Made by a program: the position numbers and the translations under genes. This document shows positions 23,801 through 35,761 of a DNA stretch of 64,000 nt, in pieces. The notes below the pieces were generated by a model. The model was not told where the DNA came from. It was given only the letters and a program-made list of their open reading frames with translations, and did no database searches. Position 1 is the first letter of the stretch. Each line of letters starts with the position of its first letter. The DNA is from Balanoglossus misakiensis (lineage: Eukaryota; Animalia; Hemichordata): the NCBI GenBank assembly GCA_040954595.2, contig CM082589.2:4602213-4666212 (forward strand). Reading direction: 5' to 3'.

Positions 23801-26800
23801 AGTTGAGATTGTTCAGGTCTAACAAGCGCAGATGTAATGTTGAAGAGAATCAGTTGAAACTAAAAGCGACAGTGTTTATGGCTAGACGTATGCGGGTTGC
23901 CTACAAACAATCACGCTTCATTACTTTTTGCATAAAGTGAAGATTAGAATTCAAATTTTCGGTTGACTTGGATGCAGCTTTTAAAGATAGCCTAGATAAG
24001 CAGTATTAGCACAGATTTCTCAGCAAAGAACAATTTTTCATTCGAACCACGTAACGTAAAAATCACTGGGCATAATAAAACGATATAAAATTGATGTACA
24101 TGCAACACAAGTGCGTGGATTCCTGCAAGGTTAATAAAACAATATGCGTAGGCTTGACATTTGTAAATTATTTTCTGTTAGCAATTGTTGCCCTCCGCAT
24201 TTTGTCTAGTATGTTCTAACCTTTTTTACCTTTAGCTATCGTCAGACGATGGAAATACCATGCAAATAACTGCAAATAAATATAGCAATAATACCTATAA
24301 AAGACCGCTTTTCATGAAAACTATTTTTGTAATACCGTGCCTCACACACTTTCTGTTAACAATCCATGACATCAAAAATAAACCCTCTCTCTCTCGTAAA
24401 ATTTCAAAACGTTCTAGGTACTAGGCCGCGGTATACACTGCTTTCATTTCTCTGTGGGCCTGACCTCAATTAACCAAGTTCCAATTGTTATATCCAAAAC
24501 GATGTAATGGCAGCCACCGGGTTAAACACGCATAAAATTTAAATCGTGTTTATAAAATCCAATAAACCGGCTGTATCAAAGGTGTAACTAACATAACAGC
24601 ACTCTGTCCATAATGGTTTTAAACCTGCCTCTGGTGCAGATGAATTCAACCTGTCTATTTCTAAACTTATCCTACCCGCAGCTGCAACAATGATCACGTG
24701 TGGTCCGCTGATCACATAAAAAATCACCGTCCGTTTGCATAAGATGTTTTTATTCTGGCTAATCAGACATGTTAATTTACGTCATCCTGTTCAGATAGTG
24801 AATAGTTGAAACATCTGTTTCCAACATTATCCTGGAAATATAAGGTTTTATTATTTGTACAAATTCGTAGTCGTTTTAATTTTGTTTCTGACGGTGTTTA
24901 CAGAGGCACAACTGTCGGGCAAATCGATTGAAAGGACAAACCATGTTGTGTTTACATAGAGATGCAGTGAACGACATTATCCAACAATGCCGTATTCAGT
25001 TAACCTTTCCTGAGACAGGCGCTGATAATATAATATTGGAAGATATCGTACATGTACGTCGTCTGAACTCTATTTTGAAAAAAGTCGCATTACCCTCAAC
25101 GGCAGTTAAATACCTCAAGTCAAAACAAAATGTGGAATTATTTTACAGCAATGTAAAATAAAAAACTCTACCTCCGTGAACATGTATACCTATGCAAGAA
25201 GGCCTGCACGTTAGAGGAATTTAAGTAGGAGGGATAGCAAATACAGTGTTTCCCCCTCTTTACTTATCTCTAGGAAATCATTCCATTATACGTGTCATTC
25301 TCTAACACTAAGCCTTGAGAAGGAGATTTAGCCGTAGATTATATAATTACAGCGCGACAAGTAGGTCACACTGCTTTTTGTGAGAAAAGATCGATTCGAC
25401 CTGTCGGAGAAGAAATCGAAGAAGAAGATAAGTACACGAGACGAAAACGTAGAAACTCTTCCAGGCGTCTTCAGTGAAAGACGATTTCGCCTGGCAGACA
25501 TTTTGAGGTTATTGGCACTTTTTTCACAGTCACTGGTGATCGCTCTAACAAGTTTTAACGTTAGATACCTGTCACCTGACGGGAAACGCTAGAAATTCAG
25601 GTTGGAAACTGATTTGGTGACAGTTCCGAATTTATATTGTTCGAAGTGAAAGCGTGATATATTTTCGACTCTAATGATTCGATTAATTTTGTGGTTTCCG
25701 GATGTTGGGCGTGTGCATGGACAAATCATTTCCTGCGATTTCTCCACTGAATTCTACAAAGAATACAATTCCAAAGTAAATACATCATTAATTCAATGTG
25801 AACGTTATACTGTGATTTTCCATTATTGTACTCCATATCTCCATCGCCGCAATTAGGAAACCGTGCGCGTAACACAGTGATACTTCAAAGTGGGACGAAC
25901 TAGCATTCACAGCATGATTTTCTCGACGTGAAATCTACAGGGAGGGAATCCATAATCGTATGCGGAAGATTTTCTTGTTTTGATTTATTCATTATTGATT
26001 CCTGTGGTCTAATTTTGTCGATTGATTCTCTTGAGCAAAGTGGGAGGAATATTCATGAACACCTGATTCGGTTCGGCTTATGCATGTATGCTGGTTGGGT
26101 CGTGCTAAATATTCTTTATTTAGCAGTCATGTCTACACAGATCTGCGGGCACTTGATGTGAATTGATGTAAGTAGCGGTATCTGGATAACACAGGATTAT
26201 TAATGCTCTGCACACGTGTTTCATCGATCGTTAGGTAACGGGAGAACTGCTTCCCATCTGTGGCATGTAATAAATATAACATCAGAGTAAAAGATATAGC
26301 AGATGCGTGTCTCTTGTGTAGGCGTTATACAGCTTCGCCGTTTGCATGTAATCGACGTGTGCTCTCGTTGCAGAATATAGCACTGGAGTCAGCATAGACT
26401 GTTTATTCAAACTTCGCTGGCACTTGCACCATCTGGATAGGCACTGCCCAGCGTGAGCGGCTTGTCATCGATTCAAAGTGGCGTTAACATGCAAAACTAG
26501 ACAAAATATGAGCGCACACATTTAGCGCACAGTTATATTAACAAAAAAGTTGTTATAACGCTCCATGTACATAAACCTGAGATTTAGCAAAGGATAAAAT
26601 GGTTATTTTATAGAGGAATACTCTTTGAAATTATTCTTTAATATCTGCTACGTTTTATCCTACACTCGCCCCAATGAGACCGTGTTATGACGTGATCCGG
26701 GGGAATGTACTAAGTATCTGAAGATAGGTCCGATACGAATACGATAATACTGGCGGGATGATTCTAATGCAAAGAATCGAATAGTGGAAATTTTCCGAAT

Positions 26801-29800
26801 GAGCCATTCCATTCCTGCGCTAAAAGATGATATCAAGCATTGTGAATTTCCCTAGTTGATATTATCGTCCTCTCATTTGCCCCTCCGAGCATGAGGGAGA
26901 ATGTTATCTGTTTTCCATTGTACAAAAATCACTCAAGCATGCTAGATCGCCATTAATACCTGCAAGCCTTATACAGACGATATCGCTGGGAATGTGCGTT
27001 TTCTGGAAAATTAAATCAGAACGTTTTCCGTCCACGTGCTCAAGATGCAAATCTGCAGCTGCCAACTTCAATGCCAAGGAAGCTAAACATGATTTAATTA
27101 TGACGCCATGTATTCTGGACTTACAGAAGAAGACATGCCTAAATTTTCAACACGTAAAATTCATATCAGTGGAACGCAAATAATATTCAAGTTTTTGCGT
27201 CCAATAAGATGGGTTGCACATATCTAAAAGGTGTCAACTTTGGCCAATTTCGCTGTTATTATTTCCTTTCGCCCCCCCCCCCCTTCCTGTATCATGGTCA
27301 TTCCCTACTCTAAGACTGTTTGGACCCACAGAAGAGTGCAAAAACTATTCAATTACCATGGCATGCTCATACACTAATCGGCTAATGCGGTGAAAAATTC
27401 GTCACACAGAGAGTTACACCAAGCAGAAACTACGTGAAAGGGATAACGATTATGCATGGTCGTTTAAAAGGGACCACGTGTTTGTGAGAGATCGCTTTAG
27501 CGTGGATAAGTCTGCTAACTCACAACAGTTTTGTGCCAGCGTACGGTTTTCTGACATTTGATGGAAAATGCGCAAATGCACCAAACCCACTGACAGACGG
27601 AATCGGGGAGCAACGTCAAACGGACCAAAAAAACACACGAACGAACGAAAACACCAGTTTGATTATTGTTGATATAGAATACATGTTGGCAAAAGCTTCA
27701 CTTGACACAGTTGCCAACAGTACTTTCCCGGGAATATAAGTGCACAAGCAAATGCCAGTCGAGACAAGTCTCGTTTTCCAACGATGTCTCCCACCCACTG
27801 AACAACTGTGGGAGCAGTTCGACGTCGGTTTCCGTGGCAACGAGACACCGGCAGCTCGGCTCAAATTGCGTTTGTACAACTACTTAACACGGGGCAAGAC
27901 GTCAAGATTGCCTCTGTACCCCGTAAGTGTGTTCGATTTTGACTGTTAGTGTACCATTTCACCTTAATTGAATGACGACCGCGTGTGTGTACGTCGGCAA
28001 ATATGCGCAAAACGCCCCCAGAAGCCAGACTAAGCGTCGCTTGATACATCTAACACGTCATATTCAGTTATTTTAAGACGTCTCGGCTTAACTCTCCGCC
28101 GACTGAACATCGCGCCTCATAACATACACAGTATCGTGAACGACAATGCCTCTCTGCATGTATACGCCTGTTGTCACCCGTGTCTTTGATGTAGATGTCA
28201 CAATAAAGGGCAGTGGTTGTAACTTTTAGTATTTTCTCAGGCGATATCTTGCGTATGTCAGCCTTTGTTACTTGTTCTACCCCGTATGAATTACACGCGT
28301 TTACGCATATTCGGCATGCAAAATTGAAAAGGCGTGCGGGCTTTAGCACCTTCGGGAACAGCAGGTGTTTCCGTGGGCTAATACTTGGAGCAATCTTTGT
28401 ACAGGTTTTAGTCCATGGCACCATTTCAGAATGTTTCAAGCTCAGTCGCACTCGCCATTCACAAGGCGTCCACTGCATGCCATGCATATTAAACTTCAAT
28501 TATCGTGTATTCTGACAAAGCCTATTTAAATTGACCGCAGCGTATTCGGACCAATGGGGAATACACGCCGCGCCATCTGCATTCACTTTCACGATTTCCC
28601 CGGCCAGATGTTCGCGTCCATTATATCCCTGGTAATCACCGCGGCGTTGCAATCACGTCGCTATTTTGTCATGCTCATCCAGGCGAGAATTTGTCTCTCG
28701 TTTTTTTCGGCATCGACGACAGCTTCAGTCTCACTAATGAAATTCTGAGAGGGAATGAGACCGGTGGAATTATCGGAATTGCCGGTGAGAGGCTGGTGGC
28801 TCATTCGGCGGTTGTCACAATCGACCCGCCTAATGATGATTCGAAGGAGCCGCAATCAGTTCCGTTCGCAGCAGTCGGCCTGCCTCTGTTCCCAATACCC
28901 GAGTCGGACGCATTTAAAACGCTCCAAATTTTGTCGTAATTGCTTCAGTAGATTGTACAATTTGGCGTTTGCTTATCTAAATCAACGCATTGCACCGTCC
29001 AAGTACGCGATCTTTTTGCTCTACTTTAGTTGTCGTTACCAGCCATGCTTTAATGGGTCACTTTCTCGCTGACGTCGGGTACGTTAAATGGTTATTGTGT
29101 TGATCTGAATCCCTTGTGCATTTATGTACAGGGTGAAGTTTCTGAGAATAGAAATTGGAGAAACTCTGACCCGTAAATGCGCACAACCTGCTACACGCAA
29201 ATACCAACATGCACGTTTCAGAAGTTTGACTTACTTGGTTTTTGACACCCACGTCCAAAAGGCCATTGGGATAATAAGAATTCCAATTGGCGGACCCAAC
29301 CCACACATGTCGTTGTCACATCTGTCCAGTACTCCCTTACATAATATGCAAAAAAATAAAATAAAAATGCGCACGGATGTTATGTCTTTGCGGTGGTTGA
29401 AAAGGAGCGATGAATAAGAGAATTTTACAATACTACGCCCTGAAGCCATCGCGTTTGCACCGCTGTTAAAATCCCTGTATACCCGTTATGGCCACATAAA
29501 GAAATAGCGAAACCATCATTTTCGTTTTCGCTGATATAAAACTGGCGCGATCAAAGGCCTTAAATTATTGAGGATGGCTATTTAACCGGGCGACACACGG
29601 GAGATGTTTGCTGATCAGCCATGATAAAAGTTAAGTGGCGGCCAAGGTCTGTTCGTCGTGCGTAAATTCTGAACATAAATCCCCTAACAGCAACACCAAT
29701 ATGGCTGTCAATTGTCGAATGTACGTGGTGCTGGAGGCTTGTGTGATTGCAATAGGGCGGCATAATATTTTACCCGTGGGGATTTCGGTTTTGTAGCTTT

Positions 29801-32800
29801 ATCGTGTTTTCCTGAAAGGGTTGACTTCTCTCTGCAAACCTCCAAAAAATAAGCAGTATAAAGCATGATCGAGTTATTACAAGGTACTGGACAGTGTGTT
29901 AAAATTAACAGGTGGAATATTGACATAAAAATCGTGTGTAATTGAGTGAGTATTTTACAAGCGCTGGTCATCATGAGATGATGTCGTTTAGTACCACATG
30001 TACCCCAGCCACGTTTTATTGATGCAAATTGTATTTGTTATTCCTGCCACGTTAAGAATGTTAATTAAATGTGCATACCAATTTACTTGTTCGGCTTATC
30101 ACGTCTTGTCAGGAATTCTATTATCAAATTTAAAATTCCTGTCACCTGGGGCGGTACATTGTGTATGTCAGGGAGGGGGTCGTGTCTCATGGAAATCAAG
30201 GCAGGGTTAAATATAGCAATAAGGCGTTGGGTCGCGGTCGTTTCGAGTAAAAGTTCACATCGAGTCATTGGATAACATTTCGGGCCTTTTAATCAAATGA
30301 CTTTTTACCGTCCAATCAGCGCCCGTCTTTCAAATCTGCAAGAGTCTAGGATCCGGCGGCCAGGAATGTGCGAAATCGAGGGTTACACCACTCTATTAAA
30401 CGTGATTAGCCGGGAAAGAAAATCGCGCAGCTGAGTTCAAAACTTTGTTTGCTCATCTTGATTAACGAATCGCAAGGTCCTTGTGTCAAGCTTGAATACA
30501 CGGACTGGAACGAAAGGGGTAGGGAGGTCCCAGGTGACGGGCGGTCTGCGCATGTCGCCAACATACCTAAAGAAACGTGTACGTCATCGTTCACAGTAAC
30601 ACCTGAGATTCGTTGATCTCTTTGTCACTACAATTTTCACGGCTACGACTGACAAGTTCCATCCATCGGCGGCTGGGGTAACATCAAACCGTCGATGCGT
30701 GACCTGAAGAGGGGGTGATTTCTTCCAGATGCGACTAATGAGCCGTCAATGAGTAAGCGTTATTTTACGACAACTGTCGCTAACTCGCAGAGTGACATCC
30801 ATGACAGCAATTCTGCAGAGATCAGGTTTTCTTGCTGTTCATTTACATATTCGTTTCCTTACGTTGTACAGATGCTAAGAATTAGAAAGAAAGATGAACA
30901 TCTGAAGCAATTTCTGCAAATAGATAAAAATAAAGATTCCTGAAATGGCACTAGTCCTCATGACGATACTCATAAATGTTTACCGGCCTCCATTTCGTTT
31001 CATTACGAAACACACCGCGTGATGGGCTTTTCCGACATATTTGGTTCTTCGGAGATTAATTCAAAGAGAAAATATGGCGTAAATGTTACAGACAGCGAAA
31101 CCCACTCGTAAACCATTACCAGTTGCTATGACAACGATATACCCCGAGGTTAATTCCAACCCGTAAAACAACCTCAATATGGTTCTAGTACCGTGCGATA
31201 TGTGATGGGCGGCCATTATCGATTTACTATCATCCCGTGATTTTCTGAAAGTCCGGCGACGTTCAGTCTCGCATCAACGTAACGGGTAATAAGAGAACAG
31301 AAAAAAACGTCGACATTCTGAACTCGAAGGTTTTGGTGAAATAAAACACGTTAAAACACGAGAGTAGCAGTCAGCATGTGTAGTCAAATTGGGAGATACC
31401 AAGAAAGCAATCAAATGAACGCAATCAAATGTGTATCAGCCCTGCCCTACTGTTTCAATATGTATACGCAAAAAAAAATCTTCAATGCATGTATCCACGC
31501 ACGCATGCTAAATGAAGGGATATACCGGCCGGCGGGGGGAATGTTAACATACATGTAATTTGGACAAACCGCACGGTGCTAGAAACAGCCACATAATCAG
31601 GGATTATGAACACGCCTAACGGAAAGATTCCTCTGGGCTGTCACAGTGGAATCCAACCGCAGCTGCCGCTAATCAACGGCATCTGCCCAACCTTAAGCCC
31701 GGGCAAGATAAGACTCATTATACGGTCAAGTTAACTTATTACGTCTCCGACATGACGAGGGTCGTGGTGTCACGTAGTTAATGCACATGTCAAAAGACGG
31801 AGCTTGCTGTGGTGTAAGTGCGCCACAGGGTATGAATAATTAATCCGGCGGCATCTATACGGCAGGACCCATCATTCCCGCTGAGATTAAAAATCCCGGC
31901 CTGTTCGGGAATAACAGTCAGTTTCCTAATCCCAAGTATAATTCCATTATTCCGGTGGCCTTCCTTCCTTGCAGAGTACTTTCCCCTCTTTCGGAGCTCG
32001 GATCCGCGGGAAAGCTCCTCAAATTGTAAATGGCCATTTAGTTGCAAACGTATGAATATAACAGTGACGGCGTATCTATTTAGTGATCGCGATGTGATTG
32101 CGGGGCTTTGCTTTCAGGAATATGTAATTTTGAGGCCTCGATACTTGACAGAAAACAACACTTCCTGAAAGGATCTGTTTTGCATGCCGAAATTGTCCAT
32201 CCCATAATTCTCCCGTGTGTGCTGATAGCGAATTGCGATAAATTTACTTGACTCTAAATTGATTGATATCCAAACAACCATAACTACACCCTAACTAATT
32301 TTCATGAGATCCACGTGATTTATAACATCGTCTGGAACACGTAGGCAAATGATTAATTACGACGACGGAAGGAAGCTTGAGTATCTTGGGAATTATAAAC
32401 TCACGGGTAATCTTCTAGCATTATTATACAAATGATGTCAGACAGACAGGCAAGCAGGCAGGCAGGCAAGCAGACATACAGGCAGGCAGGCAGACAGACA
32501 GACAGGCAGGCAGGCAGGCAGGCAAGCAGACATACAGGCAGGCAGGCAGACAGACAGGCAGGCAGGCAGGCAAGCAGACATACAGGCAAGCAGACATACA
32601 GGCAGGCAGACAGACAGGCAGGCAAGCAGACATACAGGCAGGCAGGCAGACAAACAGACATACAGGCAGGCAGGCAGGCAGGCAAGCAGACATACAGGCA
32701 AGCAGACATACAGACAGGCAGGCAGGCAGGCAGGCAAGCAGACATACAGGCAGGCAGGCAGACAGACAGGCAGGCAGGCAGGCAGGCAAGCAGACATACA

Positions 32801-33841
32801 GGCAGGCAGGCAGACAGACAGACAGGCAGGCAGGCAGGCAGGCAAGCAGACATACAGGCAGGCAGGCAGACAGACAGGCAGGCAGGCAGGCAGGCAAGCA
32901 GACATACAGGCAGGCAGGCAGACAGACAGACAGGAAGGCAGGCAAGCAGACATACAGGCAAGCAGACATACAGGCAGGCAGGCAGGCAGACAAGCAGACA
33001 TACAGGCAGGCAGGCAGACAGACAGACAGGCAGGCAGGCAGGCAGGCAAGCAGACATACAGGCAAGCAGACATACAGGCAGGCAGACAGACAGGCAGGCA
33101 AGCAGACATACAGGCAGGCAGGCAGACAAACAGACATACAGGCAGGCAGGCAGGCAAACAGACATACAGGCAAGCAGACATACAGACAGGCAGGCAGGCA
33201 AGCAGACATACAGGCAGGCAGGCAGACAGACAGGCAGGCAGGCAGGCAGACATACAGGCAGGCAGGCAGACAGACAGACAGGCAGGCAGGCAGGCAGGCA
33301 AGCAGACATACAGGCAAGCAGACATACAGGCAGGCAGGCAGACAGACAGACAGGCAGGCAGGCAGGCAGGCAAGCAGACATACAGGCAGGCAGGCAGACA
33401 GACAGACAGGCAGGCAGGCAGGCAAGCAGACATACAGGCAAGCAGACATACAGGCAGGCAGGCAGACAAACAGACATACAGGCAGGCAGACAGACAGGCA
33501 GGCAGGCAGGCAGGCAAGCAGACATACAGGCAGGCAGACATACAGGCAGGCAGGCAAACAGACAGACAGGCAAGCAGGCAGGCAGGCAAGCAGACATACA
33601 GACAGGCAGGCAGACAGACAGGCAGGCAGGCAGGCAAGCAGACATACAGGCAGGCAGACAGACAGACAGGCAGGCAGGCAGGCAAGCAGACATACAGGCA
33701 GGCAGACAGACAGACAGGCAGGCAAGCAGACATACAGGCAGGCAGACATACAGGCAGGCAGGCAAACAGACAGACAGGCAAGCAGGCAGGCAGGCAAGCA
33801 GACATACAGGCAGGCAGGCAGGCAGACAGGCAGGCAGACAT

Positions 33842-33872
<31 letters not shown>

Positions 33873-34693
33873 AGCAGACATACAGGCAGGCAGACAGGCA
33901 GGCAGGCAAGCAGACATACAGGCAGGCAGGCAGGCAGGCAAGCAGACATACAGGCAGGCAGACAGGCAGGCAGGCAAGCAGACATACAGGCAGGCAGGCA
34001 AGCAGACATACAGGCAAGCAGACATACAGGCAGGCAGGCAGACAAACAGACATACAGGCAAGCAGACATACAGGCAGGCAGACAGACAGGCAGGCAGGCA
34101 GGCAAGCAGACATACAGGCAGGCAGACATACAGGCAGGCAGGCAAGCAGGCAGGCAGGCAAGCAGACATACAGGCAGGCAGACAGACAGACAGGCAGGCA
34201 GGCAGGCAGTCATACAGGCAGGCAGGCAGACAGACAGGCAGGCAGGCAGGCAAGCAGACATACAGGCAAGCAGACATACAGGCAGGCAGACAGACAGGCA
34301 GGCAAGCTGACATACAGGCAGGCAGGCAGGCAAGCAGACATACAGGCAAGCAGACATACAGGCAGGCAGACAGACAGGCAGGCAGGCAGGCAGGCAAGCA
34401 GACATACAGGCAGGCAGACATACAGGCAGGCAGGCAAACAGACAGACAGGCAAGCAGGCAGGCAGGCAAGCAGACATACAGACAGGCAGGCAGACAGACA
34501 GACAGGCAGGCAGGCAGGCAAGCAGACATACAGGCAGGCAGACATACAGACAGGCAGGCAGGCAGGCAAGCAGACATACAGGCAGGCAGGCAGACAGACA
34601 GACAGGCAGGCAAGCAGACATACAGGCAGGCAGACATACAGGCAGGCAGGCAAACAGACAGACAGGCAAGCAGGCAGGCAGGCAAGCAGACAT

Positions 34694-34725
<32 letters not shown>

Positions 34726-35761
34726 ACATACAGGCAGGCAAGCAGACATACAGGCAGGCAGGCAGACATACAGACAGGCAGGCAGGCAAGCAGACATACA
34801 GGCAGGCAGGCAAACAGACAGACAGACAGGCAGGCAGGCAGGCAGGCAAACAGACATACAGGCAGACAGACAGGCAGGCAGGCAGACAGACAGACAGGCA
34901 GGCAGGCAGGCAGGCAAGCAGACATACAGGCAGGCAGACAGGCAGGCAGGCAAGCAGACATACAGGCAGGCAGGCAAACAGACAGACAGACAGGACTCAG
35001 CAATTCTGTCCACATACTGAATTGACGAAAATCTCCGCACTCAACAGATCTCTCGAAAGACGACATCTTCCACGCCTTCCGTGAGTTTGACCGGAATGGC
35101 GACGGATTCATCACAATCGACGAGCTGAGGCGGACGATGAAGAAACTGGGGGAGACCATCAGCGAGGACGAGCTGACGGAGATGATGAGGGAGGCGGACC
35201 AAGATGGCGACGGCAGAGTCAACTACAGAGAATTTGCCAAGATCATCCGGAACGAAGATACCACGGACACGTATAACCACACAGGTATATACCATTGACT
35301 GTCCACAGGTTTATAGGGGAGAGGAGTTTGAATCAAACATGTCGGTTTTATTATGGACTTATCTGTATCATGTCAGGTGAAATTATTGGACGCTTGTCTT
35401 TTCAGTCTGTGTTAACCAAAACTGCTAAGTAAGTTTACTTATCAATTAACATATACTAGTAAACTGTATGTAGGCAATAACCGCGATAGTTATTAATGAC
35501 GTATAAACAAGTAAATGTACCGCCCCATGTTTTTTGCAAACTTCCGCAGATTCCAGCCACCAAGGGCTGATGGACGTATTCCACGACATCGACGAAGACG
35601 GCAACGGGTACATCACCACGGAGGAACTGCGACACGCCCTCCGGAAGATCCCGCAACACTACACCGATACAGACATCGAGGACATGATGGAGGAGGCGGA
35701 CATCGACGGCGACGGGCGGGTCAACTACCGCGAATTTCTGCGGGTGTCGAACACGAAGTGA
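20887..35761 (+). CDS. Predicted N-acylated calmodulin-like protein with two C-lobe-type modules, gene 7; join(20887..20911,35048..35284,35550..35761), 157 aa
   Basis: Exons 35048-35284 (DLSKDDIFHAFREFDRNGDGFITIDE..EADQDGDGRVNYREF..HT G|gtat) and 35550-35761 (DEDGNGYITTEE..EADIDGDGRVNYREF..NTK*) are clear. First exon MGCSNSRQ G|gttggt is assigned because it has the required phase 1 and mirrors gene 8 exon 1; the 14.1-kb join is inferred. Confidence 0.72.
32439..34994. repeat. 2.55-kb compound tetranucleotide satellite (CAGG/CAGA/CAAG/CATA/CAAA) in gene 7 intron 1
   Basis: Uninterrupted CA-NN 4-mers with a recurring CAGG-CAAG-CAGA-CATA block; source of the long LPAC/QAGR ORFs. Confidence 0.98.

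Noticed and set aside
32401-35222. Very long ORFs (586-932 aa) of LPAC/QAGR repeats
   Set aside because: Stop-free frames produced by the tetranucleotide satellite; open on both strands in several frames, with no coding signature.
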